Source: an uncultured Flavobacteriaceae bacterium (GTDB taxonomy: Bacteria > Bacteroidota > Bacteroidia > Flavobacteriales > Flavobacteriaceae). Taken from it: DNA of 64,000 bases. The stretch covers positions 83,395-147,394 of the forward strand of contig CAVOQU010000012.1 of NCBI GenBank assembly GCA_963698455.1, given 5' to 3'. Under the pieces are notes generated by a model that was not told the origin of the DNA, did not search any database, and saw only the letters and a program-made list of their open reading frames with translations. Shown one piece after another: positions 43,328-54,564 of the stretch (positions within the stretch are counted from its first letter, which is position 1; every line of letters starts with the position of its first letter). A program made the position numbers and the translations under genes.

Positions 43328-43422
43328 ATTAAAAAAATTATAGTATAAATTAATTCTTATACACAAATATGACGCTATTACAAGAATATTGTTACAGCGT
43401 CATATTTAAAAGCTAATAAAAA

Positions 43423-44310
43423 TTATTTACATAAAGCCTCAAGGGTGTCTTCTATATCTCCTGGAGTGCTCATTATTTTCATAAAGGTTCCCATAGTAAG
43501 TTCCGGCCAATGCAAAGCAATTCTGTATTTTCCATGTAGCATTGTTGCTTTGTTTCCTTGTAATATAATCTCATATGGTAATGCAGCAACATGGTCTTCT
43601 CCAATTTTTGGTAAAAAATAAGATTCACCATCTTCTTTACTTTGCAATCCCACACCAAAAACTGCCACTTTAGAATTGTTGTAAACCAATTTATATACCA
43701 TTAAGGTGTTTCCTTTTTTATTCTCAAGATTTTTGGTAATAGTTTTTACTCCTTCCTCAAAAGAAGAGAATTCATTTAACTCCTCAGGATCTGTAAAATA
43801 AGGCATCATTATTTTATAATGATAACTTGCTAATTTATCAGCTTGAACGCTTCCTCCAAAAGGGCTAAAATCGTTACCCAGAGAAGATAATGCTGTTTTT
43901 AAATCGTCAGAAAATGCAGTAAACGTACTTTTATAAGTATTATAATTTTTAGGCAAATAAGCTCGCAAAATATACTCCGGATTCGTATAAGATATAATTA
44001 CTTTTCCGTTTTTTTGTACCAAACCAACTTTCATTACAGCCGCTAACGCACCTCTATCAGCCACTTTCACTACTGTATTTTTAAGGTCATCTCGTGTAAA
44101 AGCAATAACAGCCAATGAACTTTTATTAGAAGGATTATAAGATCCTAATACCGTGAAATTATTATCCTTTAATGTCTGGATAACATCCTTGGTTACCTCT
44201 TGAATAGATTTAGAAGTTTCGCTAACCTTTATATAAGGCGATAAATTTTGGGAGAAAGAAAAAAAGTTAACAATCAAAAATGCCATTGTACTCAAAATAA
44301 GATGTCTCAT
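43423..44310 (-). CDS. Conserved secreted hypothetical protein
   Basis: Signal peptide; intact 295-aa ORF; no motif assigned with confidence. Confidence 0.7.
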   Translation of the reverse strand: MRHLILSTMAFLIVNFFSFSQNLSPYIKVSETSKSIQEVTKDVIQTLKDNNFTVLGSYNPSNKSSLAVIAFTRDDLKNTVVKVADRGALAAVMKVGLVQKNGKVIISYTNPEYILRAYLPKNYNTYKSTFTAFSDDLKTALSSLGNDFSPFGGSVQADKLASYHYKIMMPYFTDPEELNEFSSFEEGVKTITKNLENKKGNTLMVYKLVYNNSKVAVFGVGLQSKEDGESYFLPKIGEDHVAALPYEIILQGNKATMLHGKYRIALHWPELTMGTFMKIMSTPGDIEDTLEALCK

Positions 44311-44528
44311 CTTTATGTTTTTTTTTAAAAAAATTATACTGATTTATTTAATTATAATTAGAGAAATATCTGTAATTATAATCATGGAAAAGTAAGCGGT
44401 TTTAATAAGAATTTTTATGACTATTATCATACAAAAGTTTAGATTTTTAACGAATTACAAAGAATAATCTAAAAGAAGCTTTTCAATTTTTTTAAATAGT
44501 TTAATTTTGCAGTTCTAAAAAATAAAAA

Positions 44529-46217
44529 ATGCAGCTTTCTGAACAAGAATTAGTAAGAAGAGAAAAACTTACCAAACTACGCGAATTAGGTATAAACCCC
44601 TATCCAGCCGATTTATATCCGGTAACTCATACATCGAAACAAATTAAGGCGCAATTTGAGACAGATAAGAAGGTCGTTATTGCCGGCAGATTGATGCTGA
44701 TAAAAGTGCAAGGAAAAGCCAGTTTTGCCGATTTACAAGATGCTGAAGGGAAAATACAAGTTTATTTTAACCGTGACGAAATTTGCCCAGGTGAAGACAA
44801 AGTAAAATATAACGAGGTTTTTAAAAAGCTGTTAGATTTTGGCGATTTTGTGGGTATTGAAGGTGAATTATTCACCACACAAGTAGGCGAAAACAGTGTA
44901 CGCGTAAAAGACTTTACCTTATTAAGTAAAGCCCTAAAGCCGTTACCTTTACCTAAAGAAAAAGATGGTGTAGTCTTTGATGCTTTTACAGATCCCGAAC
45001 AACGATACAGACAACGCTATGCGGATTTAGTGGTAAACCCACAAGTGAAGAATATTTTTGTAAAGCGTACCAAATTATTTAATGCCATGCGTCAGTTTTT
45101 TAACGACGCTGGGTATTTTGAAGTAGAAACGCCGGTCTTGCAACCTATTCCAGGTGGTGCTGCGGCACGTCCGTTTGCTACACATCATAATGCTTTAGAT
45201 ATTCCATTATACTTGCGAATTGCCAACGAATTGTATTTAAAACGATTAATTGTTGGGGGTTTCGATGGCGTTTACGAGTTTTCAAAAAACTTTAGAAACG
45301 AAGGCATGGACCGGACTCATAACCCAGAGTTTACCGCAATGGAAATTTATGTGGCTTACAAAGATTACAACTGGATGATGGAATTCTGTGAACGATTGCT
45401 CGAACATTGTGCGATGGCCGTAAATGGTACCACAAAAGCAACTTTTGGCAAACATGAAATAGATTTTAAAGCGCCTTATGCTAGAATAACCATGGCAGAT
45501 TCTATAAAACAATTTACTGGTTTTGATATTACCGGAAAAACTGAAAATGAGATTAGAACTGCTGCAAAAAGTATGGGTGTTGAAGTTGATGACACCATGG
45601 GCAAAGGCAAACTTATTGATGAAATTTTTGGCGAAAAATGTGAGAGTAACTACATCCAGCCAACCTACATTACCGACTACCCGAAAGAGATGAGTCCGCT
45701 ATGTAAAGAACACAGAGAAAACCCAGAATTAACAGAGCGTTTTGAGTTAATGGTTTGTGGAAAAGAAATAGCGAACGCCTATTCAGAATTAAACGACCCG
45801 ATTGATCAACGTGAGCGTTTTGAACACCAAATGGAATTAGCAAAAAAAGGTGACGATGAAGCTACTGGGACCATCGATTACGACTTTTTACGTGCTTTAG
45901 AATACGGAATGCCACCAACATCTGGTATGGGAATTGGCATGGACAGATTAATTATGTTTTTAACTAACAACCAATCAATTCAAGAAGTTTTATTCTTCCC
46001 GCAAATGCGTCCGGAGAAAAAAGCAGTAGATTTAAGTGATTCTGAAAAAGCTATTTTTGAAATTTTAAAATCGCAAAAAAGCATGTCTTTAAACGACCTG
46101 AAATCGCAATCTGGTTTAAGTAACAAAGCCTGGGATAAAGGCATTAAAGGATTAACTAAACACAAATTAGCAAACGTTACTAAAACGGATGATGACTTAA
46201 TTGTTGAAATAGTTTAA
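44529..46217 (+). CDS. lysS: Lysyl-tRNA synthetase
   Basis: [42 protein letters not shown]. Confidence 0.98.
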   Translation: MQLSEQELVRREKLTKLRELGINPYPADLYPVTHTSKQIKAQFETDKKVVIAGRLMLIKVQGKASFADLQDAEGKIQVYFNRDEICPGEDKVKYNEVFKKLLDFGDFVGIEGELFTTQVGENSVRVKDFTLLSKALKPLPLPKEKDGVVFDAFTDPEQRYRQRYADLVVNPQVKNIFVKRTKLFNAMRQFFNDAGYFEVETPVLQPIPGGAAARPFATHHNALDIPLYLRIANELYLKRLIVGGFDGVYEFSKNFRNEGMDRTHNPEFTAMEIYVAYKDYNWMMEFCERLLEHCAMAVNGTTKATFGKHEIDFKAPYARITMADSIKQFTGFDITGKTENEIRTAAKSMGVEVDDTMGKGKLIDEIFGEKCESNYIQPTYITDYPKEMSPLCKEHRENPELTERFELMVCGKEIANAYSELNDPIDQRERFEHQMELAKKGDDEATGTIDYDFLRALEYGMPPTSGMGIGMDRLIMFLTNNQSIQEVLFFPQMRPEKKAVDLSDSEKAIFEILKSQKSMSLNDLKSQSGLSNKAWDKGIKGLTKHKLANVTKTDDDLIVEIV

Positions 46218-46220
46218 TAA

Positions 46221-46240
46221 CATTTCCGCGAAAGCGAAAT
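46221..46240 (+). repeat. Single REP hairpin of the same subtype as the GIY-YIG flanks
   Basis: CATTTCCGCGAAAGCGAAAT compared with the flank CATTTCCGCGAAGGCGGAAAT. Confidence 0.65.
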
Positions 46241-46342
46241 AATATATCTTAAAAAGAGAATCACAATGTGGTTCTCTTTTTTATTTGATGTTGTACTTAA
46301 TAATTTGTATTTTGAAACAAATTAACTTCTAAATATTTTCAA

Positions 46343-47230
46343 ATGAAAAAAATAAAAAAAGAAGACATAAGTCAAGACGTTTTTGATCTATACGACGATT
46401 ATGCACATAATAAACTTGATAGAAGACAATTTATTGAAAAACTGTCTTTATACGCCATTGGAGGTCTTACCGTCTCTTCGTTACTTAGTTTCGTAATGCC
46501 TAATTATATTGATTCACTTTTAGTAAAACCAGATGATTCCAGAATACAATCAGATTATATCACTTACCAATCGCCAAAAGGAGGCGGATCTATTCGTGCT
46601 TTACTTTCAAAACCTGCAAATACAAACAAAAAGCTTCCCGGAATTATTGTTGTACATGAAAACAGAGGCTTAAACCCATACATTGAAGATGTTGGAAGAC
46701 GTGCTGCGATTGAAGGTTTTATCTCTTTAGCCCCCGATGCCCTTACACCTTTAGGAGGTTATCCTGGTAATGATGACGAAGGAAGAGCAATGCAACAAAA
46801 GCGTGACAAAAACGAAATGCTTGAAGACTTTATTGCTGCTTTTGAATATCTAAAATCACATAAAGATTGTAACGGAAAAATTGGTGTTGTTGGTTTTTGT
46901 TTTGGAGGGTGGATTTCCAATATGATGGCGGTACGCGTTCCCGAATTATCTGCAGCCGTTCCTTATTATGGAGGTCAACCTACGGAAGAAGAAACCGCAA
47001 AAATAAACGCACCACTAATGATTCATTATGCTGATTTAGACAAAAGAGTTAATGAAGGTTGGCCTGCTTATGAAGCCGCTTTAAAGAAATACAACAAAGA
47101 CTACGTAACATTTATTTACCCAGAAGTAAATCATGGGTTTCATAATAATACAACACCTCGGTTTGATGAAGCGGCGGCAAATTTATCTTGGACCCGAACC
47201 ATAGATTTTTTCAAGGAAAAACTTATCTAG
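46343..47230 (+). CDS. Dienelactone hydrolase family protein (YghX-like, Tat-like RRQF)
   Basis: VHENRGLNP, GFCFGG, HGFHNNTT. Confidence 0.92.
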   Translation: MKKIKKEDISQDVFDLYDDYAHNKLDRRQFIEKLSLYAIGGLTVSSLLSFVMPNYIDSLLVKPDDSRIQSDYITYQSPKGGGSIRALLSKPANTNKKLPGIIVVHENRGLNPYIEDVGRRAAIEGFISLAPDALTPLGGYPGNDDEGRAMQQKRDKNEMLEDFIAAFEYLKSHKDCNGKIGVVGFCFGGWISNMMAVRVPELSAAVPYYGGQPTEEETAKINAPLMIHYADLDKRVNEGWPAYEAALKKYNKDYVTFIYPEVNHGFHNNTTPRFDEAAANLSWTRTIDFFKEKLI

Positions 47231-47375
47231 ATTTATAATTACTAAAGTAAAAACCTTTCCAAAAAATTAATTTATTTCTAATAAACTTAACAACTTTTTT
47301 TAAGTCTAACTATCATTGTGATTCAATTGTAGTATCGCAGTTTTGTTTTACATTTATCATCTATTAAATAAAAAA

Positions 47376-49853
47376 ATGCTTAAAAAAATCGCTGTCGGTA
47401 TTACTCTCATAACGCTTTTATCTTTTGCACTACTTAATAATTTTAGAGAGCTGGTTATTAATAAATTAAATGCGTACGCAGAAAATTATCCCGAAAAAAT
47501 ATATATACAAACTGATAAACCATATTATTCCACTGGGGAAAGTATTTGGTACACAGCTTATTTAATTAATGGGATAGACCATTTAAAATCGGATAAAAGC
47601 CGAATTATTTATGTAGAACTAATCAATGAAAAAGACAGCATCCTATCAAAAAAACAACTTTACACCAACGATGTAAGTGTTGCAGGAGATTTTGAAATTA
47701 AAAAAGAATGGAAACCTGGAAAATATTTACTTAGAGCATATACCAACTATATGCGTAACAGTGATACTGATTTTATGTTTCAAAAAGAATTATTGATTTG
47801 GAATACGACATCCAATAACTCTTTTATCCCACTGGTATCAAACACCGATGCTATTAAAAATTCTGATTCTGATGAACGGATAACAACCATACCAGACATT
47901 AAGTTTTATCCGGAAGGCGGTTATATGGTAAATGGAATTCTTTCTAAAATTAGTATTAAAGTTAAAGACAAACTGAATAGGAATATTGTTGTTGAAGGTG
48001 TTATTAAAAATTCTGATGATCATATAATATGTCCATTCAGAACTCAAGAATTCGGACTAGGAGTTGTCAATATTATACCAGAAACTAATAAAACTTATTA
48101 TGCTAGTTTTCTTGTAAATAACCAGGAGGTTCAAATGCCTTTACCTAAAGCATTACCTTTTGGCTACATGTTAAATCTAGTAAATAATGGTAACCAAATT
48201 ATTTTAAAAGTTACTAGCAATAGCGAAATTGGTTTGAAAAATTCTTTCATAGTAGCCCATCAGCGAGGGAAAATAATTTTTGAAAAACTAGAAACCGAAA
48301 GTATAAATTCATACACTTATAAGTTGTCCACTAACGATTTGCAGGATGGAATAGCGACATTCACTTTGTTTAACAACGATGGAAATCCTGTATGCCAAAG
48401 ATTGGTTTTTATAGACAACCCTAATAATAAAATAGACGTAAACATAATTAAAAACAAGGAAATATATAAAACCAGAGACAAAGTAACATTGCTAATTAAT
48501 CTTAAAGATAAAAGTGGCAACCCCGTTTACGGGAACTTATCTATGGCAGTAACAGATTTAAATGTTGTTGGAAAAAAAGCAGGAAATGAAAACATAAAAA
48601 CCTACTTATTATTAAACTCTGATTTAAGAGGTTATATAGAAAACCCCGGGTACTTTTTTGAAAAGGAAAACGACCCAAAGCGTAGATATATACTAGATTT
48701 AGTAATGCTTACGCATGGATGGAGTCGATTTACCTGGAATGACATATTATATAAAAACGCACAGAAAACAAATCAGTTTAACACAGAAAAAGGTATCTAT
48801 ATTTCTGGGCGCACTTCAGCATTAAAAGAAATTAATCAGCAAATTCCTGCTACAACCCGACTTACTTTTATGGGCAGTAGTCCTTATCAGGAGCTTAAAC
48901 AATCAGATGCAAATGGCATATTCAAATATGGCCCGTTTGTATTTTCAGATTCTATTCCAGTACTTATTGAAGCGCGCGTTAATAATTTTAAAGATGATAA
49001 AGACATAAAAAACAGATTTGTCGATATTAATTTAACAGAAAACTTTAACAGTAGTCCTCAAGTTCAAAAAAATAATATTGTAAAAACGAACATTGAAGAC
49101 GAAAATAAAATATCTAACTTCATTAAATTATCACAATCAATTTCAAAAATTGACACTGAATTTTTAGAATCTGCAAGAATACTTGACGAAGTTGTAATTA
49201 TAGCCAATAGACAATCGGATTTAGACAAAAGAAATAAAATGTTGAATGAACGCACCAATTATGGTTTTCCGTCGAATAGAATAGACCTGAATGACATACC
49301 CAATTCAGAGACATTAACAGTTTTTGATTTGCTCAACAGAATACCTGGCGTTACGGCATATTACGATTCTATTTCAATAAGAAACAGTGGCGTTCCAGGA
49401 ATTTATCTTGATGGTATACAGGTTCAAATGGAAGATATTTCCAGTCTAATGGGTAGTCAAATAGAATTTATCGACGTCTTAAAAGGAGCCGATGCTGCAT
49501 CGTTTAGTAATGCAGGGAATGGTATTGTCGCTATACATTCTAAAACAGGTGCTAATATTCGAAATATTAATATTAAACGAAAACCAGGAATTATAGATTT
49601 TCAAGCTATTGGATTTTATACTGCCCGAGAATTTTATGCTCCCGATTATATTAATGCCCAAGATGAATTTTCAAAACAAGACTTAAGATCCACTTTACAT
49701 TGGGCACCCAAAATTCAACTTACTAAAAATAAGAATTCAGCCGAAATATCTTTCTTCACAAGCGACTCCAAAAGCAAATATTCAATCGAAATAGAAGGCA
49801 TAACAGAAGACGGTATTCCAATTCATCATATAAACACATTAGAAATAGAATAA
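47376..49853 (+). CDS. Large protein with macroglobulin-like N-terminal domains and a TonB plug-like domain
   Basis: EKIYIQTDKPYY..GESIWY, FYPEGG, DLVMLTHGWSRF, IEFIDVLKG..A, DLRSTLHWAP. Confidence 0.7.
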   Translation: MLKKIAVGITLITLLSFALLNNFRELVINKLNAYAENYPEKIYIQTDKPYYSTGESIWYTAYLINGIDHLKSDKSRIIYVELINEKDSILSKKQLYTNDVSVAGDFEIKKEWKPGKYLLRAYTNYMRNSDTDFMFQKELLIWNTTSNNSFIPLVSNTDAIKNSDSDERITTIPDIKFYPEGGYMVNGILSKISIKVKDKLNRNIVVEGVIKNSDDHIICPFRTQEFGLGVVNIIPETNKTYYASFLVNNQEVQMPLPKALPFGYMLNLVNNGNQIILKVTSNSEIGLKNSFIVAHQRGKIIFEKLETESINSYTYKLSTNDLQDGIATFTLFNNDGNPVCQRLVFIDNPNNKIDVNIIKNKEIYKTRDKVTLLINLKDKSGNPVYGNLSMAVTDLNVVGKKAGNENIKTYLLLNSDLRGYIENPGYFFEKENDPKRRYILDLVMLTHGWSRFTWNDILYKNAQKTNQFNTEKGIYISGRTSALKEINQQIPATTRLTFMGSSPYQELKQSDANGIFKYGPFVFSDSIPVLIEARVNNFKDDKDIKNRFVDINLTENFNSSPQVQKNNIVKTNIEDENKISNFIKLSQSISKIDTEFLESARILDEVVIIANRQSDLDKRNKMLNERTNYGFPSNRIDLNDIPNSETLTVFDLLNRIPGVTAYYDSISIRNSGVPGIYLDGIQVQMEDISSLMGSQIEFIDVLKGADAASFSNAGNGIVAIHSKTGANIRNINIKRKPGIIDFQAIGFYTAREFYAPDYINAQDEFSKQDLRSTLHWAPKIQLTKNKNSAEISFFTSDSKSKYSIEIEGITEDGIPIHHINTLEIE

Positions 49854-49860
49854 AATAAAT

Positions 49861-49894
49861 AAAAAACCCAGTAATTAAAAATTACTGGGTTTTT
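49861..49894. terminator. Bidirectional intrinsic terminator
   Basis: AAAAAACCCAGTAATT-aa-AAATTACTGGGTTTTT. Confidence 0.85.
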
Positions 49895-50198
49895 ACAAAC
49901 TAACCAACTAAACTAAACTTATTAACTTCTAATAATTATCTTACTATCGAGAGTAAAACTATGTTGCAATTATTATGTGTTAAACTAATTATAGTACAAA
50001 TAGACAAAAAACATCCTGAATATTTATTGCTATTTAGATATGTTTAACATAGCTTTCTTAAATTTTAATCTTTCTTTAAGAGAATAAAGAACTTTTGTTA
50101 ATTTTTTTAAGAATTCACTACTCCTTTTACTCGTTATTTGGATTGTTTTATATAAATATCGTTAATTAAAAATATAAAACTTTTCCTATTTTTGTTCT

Positions 50199-51418
50199 AT
50201 GCCTAAAAACGCACTTATTCTACTCATTTATTTTTGTGGCTATTTTATAATAGCTCAACAACAAAAAGATAGTTTATTTGTTAAAAATGGCATAGATAAC
50301 CCAAGCACCCTATCTACACATCATTTTGGTATTTTTAGTGCACGTATAAATACAAATTTCAAATTTACTCCAATAAATCGTACGTCTATAGAATTTACAT
50401 CTGCAAGTGGAAATAACTTTCATCCTTTTGTAGAAGCCTATTTTCCACAAGACCCAGTAACACAAGCAGAACAAAGAAAACTTGTCTGGTATAAGAGAAA
50501 TTTTCAATTCATAAATCAAGAAACAACGCCTGCCGATTACATGAATATTGTAATCGATGCCGTTATAAAAGAATTTAGGCTCAACGTTAATATTCCTTTA
50601 GCAAAAAAACACGAACTAGGTATTACACTTCGATCATACTTAATTACTAAAGGAAAACATCCCTTTTCACTCTTTACCGGCGACGAAAGTATAGAATGGT
50701 TTCATACTCATATTGCTGGTGGCGAAGATCCATACGGCAGGCGCTATTATGGCTTAAACCAGGTAAATTTTAAGTATAACGATCGAAACGGAAACACACT
50801 CGAGTTACATAATAACGACTTCTTTATAAGTGGCATAGAGATTAATCATTTTTACTATCCAAGCCTCAATATAAATAAAACGAAAAATATTTATGTCAAT
50901 TTTGGGAGCCACATGGGTATCAATACATCAAAATTTAACCCGTCAATAGACCTTGGTGTTTCAGCAAATGCCATTAAAAATGTCGATTTAAAAAACAACT
51001 ACCAACTTAATGTGGGTGTGGGTATGAACGTTTTACGCAAAAACCTCATCAACTTTAAAGAAGTGATAGACTTAGGAAACAATCCTTATTTAGCAACTAT
51101 TGAAAGTGATATTGAACTTACTAAATTCACAAAAAAAGGAAATTACAATGCCCTTACAGTAAACTACCAAATACAATCCGATATAACAAGCGAAGCGAAG
51201 CCGATTATTACAGATTAATTGGAAAATGGAAAGAAATAAACGGAGGCTGGCAACATGGTGTTTCAACCTTGTATAATGCCTTATCCTATTGGAGCTTTAT
51301 TTACACCTACGGGCGTCCAAATTATAAAATATCATTATACTTTAAAGAAGATTTTCGTATTAATAATGCCGCCGATTTTCAAACAGGTATCAGCTTAAAA
51401 ATACCCGTATTTAAATAA
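50199..51418 (+). CDS. Secreted hypothetical protein, possibly outer-membrane (frameshift near 51190)
   Basis: Signal peptide; the second frame continues ...NAADFQTGISLKIPVFK*. Confidence 0.6.
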
Positions 51419-51428
51419 CATATTCTTT

Positions 51429-51600
51429 TGGGCGTTACCACACCCTTCGACTCCGCTCAGGGCAGGCGGTCGGGTCTTCCGCTATATCTTTTTAAAATGG
51501 CGTCGTTAAAACGAGCAACATAGCAATCTCCCAATTTAAAGTCCAAAGCAAGTTCATTACAAAAAGTTTTAAAAAGGATGCCGCTACAACCCCTAACGCA
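51429..51600 (+). ncRNA. Flavo-1-like structured RNA/repeat element
   Basis: GGGCGTTACC...GGTCGGGTCTTCCGCTATATCTTTTT...AAAAAGGATGCCGCTACAACCCCTAACGC; GCGTTA/TAACGC and ATCTTTTTAAAA/TTTTAAAAAGGAT pair. Resemblance to Rfam Flavo-1 is from memory, not a search. Confidence 0.65.
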
Positions 51601-51699
51601 ACCCATCCCTTGTTAAGTTCTTGTTAAAAACAACCCCTGCTTTAAACCTTTTTAAATTCTTAAAGTCCTAATAGTAATTAAACATAAAATATTTAAATA

Positions 51700-52182
51700 A
51701 TGAAAAAATTAATAATTATTGCAATTGCTTTAATAGCTATTCAAGGCATTGCTCAAGGAGAAAAAAAACAACGTCCTAACAATCAAGAAAGATCACAAAG
51801 GATGAACGACCTAACTCCAGAAGAATCGGCAACGCTTAAAACAAAAAAAATGACACTTCATTTAGATTTAAATGAAAAACAGCAAAAGGATATCTACAAA
51901 ATAAACCTTGAAAATGCTACCAAGCGTAAAGAAATGATGGCAACCATGAAAGCCAAGAAAGAAAGCGGACAAATGGAAAAACCATCAAAAGAAGACCGTC
52001 TTAAAATGATGAATGCTAAGTTAGATTATCAAATTGCTACAAAAGCAAAAATGAAAAGCATTTTAAATGCCGACCAATTTGCGAAATGGGAAAAATCACA
52101 AGCAAAAACGAATGAAAGACACAAAGGAATGAAAAAAGGTGATGGTAAAAAACGTGGTGAAAAAGCACCAAAACAAGAATAA
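51700..52182 (+). CDS. Periplasmic helical protein, Spy/CpxP-like
   Basis: Signal peptide, LTPEE...LDLNEKQ, ILNADQFAKW; K/M-rich. Confidence 0.6.
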   Translation: MKKLIIIAIALIAIQGIAQGEKKQRPNNQERSQRMNDLTPEESATLKTKKMTLHLDLNEKQQKDIYKINLENATKRKEMMATMKAKKESGQMEKPSKEDRLKMMNAKLDYQIATKAKMKSILNADQFAKWEKSQAKTNERHKGMKKGDGKKRGEKAPKQE

Positions 52183-52254
52183 AATTGGTTTAGTTAGTTT
52201 AGTTAATTATAGTTTGTTTTTAAAAAGCGCATTCAAAAAGAATGCGCTTTTTTA

Positions 52255-53542
52255 TTATAAGGTTTTTGCCACTTTATTAATAGCACTTATAGTTTCATCT
52301 AAATCTTTATACGAAAGTGCGTCAGTTATAAACCAAGTTTCAAAAGCACTTGGTGCAATATAAATACCTTCATTTAGTAACCCGTGAAAGAATTTTTTAA
52401 AGGTGTCATTATTTCCTTTTGCAGCAGAATCAAAGTCTACAACCAGAGCGGCATCAAAATGTACCGAAATCATAGAACCTATTCTATTAATGGTATGTAC
52501 AATTTTGTTTTCATTTAGAACTTTAGCCATTCCAACATGTAAGTATTCTGTTTTTTTAGCTAACCTATTAAAAATTTCCCCATCATTATTTAATTCTGTT
52601 AACATCGCATAACCTGCAGCCATTGCCAGCGGGTTACCACTTAATGTTCCTGCTTGATAAACGGGTCCTAGAGGCGATAAATAATTCATGATTTCGTTTC
52701 GTGCAGCAAACGCTCCTACTGGCAAACCACCACCAATTACTTTTCCGAAGCAAACAATATCTGCATTCACATTATATAATTCTTGTGTGCCACCTTTTGC
52801 CAATCGAAAACCTGTCATGACCTCATCAAAAATCAATAATATATTATTAGCGTCGCATACCGTTCTTAAAGCTTGTAAAAAATCTCCTTTTGGTGGTATA
52901 CAGCCCATATTGCCTGCAACAGGCTCAATAATAATACATGCTATTTCATTTTTATTAGCTTCAATAACTTGCTTCACATCTATCAATATCGTTAAAACGT
53001 GCTAACAAGGTGTCTTTTGCTGTACCTTCTGTGACACCAGGACTATTTGGTGTTCCAAAAGTAATCGCGCCACTACCCGCTTGTATTAAAAACGAATCGC
53101 TATGCCCATGATAACAACCGGCAAACTTGATGATTTTATCTTTTTTAGTAAATCCTCGAGCTAATCGTACAGCACTCATACAAGCTTCAGTCCCAGAATT
53201 TACAAATCGAATTTTATCTATATTCGGCACCATAGAAACAGCTAATTCTGCAATTTTAGTTTCTATTTCTGTTGGCATACCAAATGAAGTCCCTTTTTTA
53301 GCTTTTTCCACAACCGCATCAACCACTGGTTTATAGGCATGCCCTAAAATCATGGGTCCCCATGAGTTTATGTAATCAATTAATCGGTTTCCGTCTTCAT
53401 CATATAAATAAGCTCCTTTGGCTTCCTTTACAAAAATAGGTGTGCCTCCAACACTTTTAAACGCTCTTACTGGAGAATTTACGCCCCCAGGAATTACTTT
53501 TTCAGCTTCTAAAAATAAGGCACTACTTCTACTATAATTCAT
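52255..53542 (-). CDS. hemL: Glutamate-1-semialdehyde 2,1-aminomutase (frameshift near 52980)
   Basis: [53 protein letters not shown]. Confidence 0.96.
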
Positions 53543-53546
53543 GAAT

Positions 53547-54563
53547 TTATCTGTTTTTAATTTTAAGTTCCTGACCAATGCTTATCCCATTATCATTCAA
53601 ATCATTTAATTGTTGTAAATCACTTATAGTAACATCATATTTTTTTGAAATTGAATATAACGTTTCGCCTTTTTCAACAATATGTATTTTTTTAGAAATG
53701 GCAATATTTGCTGGTAATTTGGAATTCGATGCTTGTGCAATCGTATCTATTGAACTACTATTTGTATTTAATTTTTGACCAACACTAAGTGCAGAATTTG
53801 TTAAATTATTCAAATCTTGAAGCTCTTTTACGGTCATATTATACTTTTTTGAAACAGAATACATAGAGTCGCCTTTTTCAACAATATAGGTTGAACCGTT
53901 CAACATAGTTTCATCAACTTTTACATAAGTGTTTCCAAGAGTTTCTTCGTCGAATTTATTTAATTCATATCTTTCAATTAAACCTATTAATTTATCCGGA
54001 TATTTTCTATCTGTAGCATAACCTGCCCTTTTTAATTCTCTTGCCCAACCTTTATAATCTTCTTTTCTGAGTTTGAATAATCCGGCATAACGAGAACGTT
54101 GCGTTAAAAATAATGAATGATCGCGGTACGAATATTTAGCATCATTATACTTTCTAAAACATTCTTGAGAAGCATCGTCGTCATGATAAATTCTATCCCC
54201 TGTCCATTCATGGCACTTAATTCCAAAATGATTATTGGCCTCAACAGAAAGTCGTCCTTTTCCAGAATTCGATTCTAAAATCCCTTGTGCTATGGTAATA
54301 CTCGCAGGAATACCGTATAATCGCATTTCTTCTTGTGCTATGGGTTTAAAGGCAGCAATATAATCTTCGGTTGAAGAAATTTTAACTTCTACGCCATTTA
54401 CCATTTCCTCAACTTGGTCTGAACCAATTCGAGTTTCTTTTCGAATAACAACATGCTCTGTACTTTGTTTTTTAGTCGATTTTTTTGTTACGGCTATTTT
54501 TTTAGAACCACAACTCAAAACAAAACCTGCTAACAAGCACAACATCACTATTTTCTTCATCAA
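53547..54563 (-). CDS. GH73 glucosaminidase lipoprotein with two LysM domains
   Basis: [20 protein letters not shown]; two KG(D/E)(S/T)xYSxSKKY LysM repeats. Confidence 0.93.
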   Translation of the reverse strand: MMKKIVMLCLLAGFVLSCGSKKIAVTKKSTKKQSTEHVVIRKETRIGSDQVEEMVNGVEVKISSTEDYIAAFKPIAQEEMRLYGIPASITIAQGILESNSGKGRLSVEANNHFGIKCHEWTGDRIYHDDDASQECFRKYNDAKYSYRDHSLFLTQRSRYAGLFKLRKEDYKGWARELKRAGYATDRKYPDKLIGLIERYELNKFDEETLGNTYVKVDETMLNGSTYIVEKGDSMYSVSKKYNMTVKELQDLNNLTNSALSVGQKLNTNSSSIDTIAQASNSKLPANIAISKKIHIVEKGETLYSISKKYDVTISDLQQLNDLNDNGISIGQELKIKNR

Positions 54564-54564
54564 A

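Noticed and set aside
51441-51470. tRNA fragment suggested by TTCGA
   Set aside because: No cloverleaf, anticodon arm or CCA end; better explained as a REP fragment.
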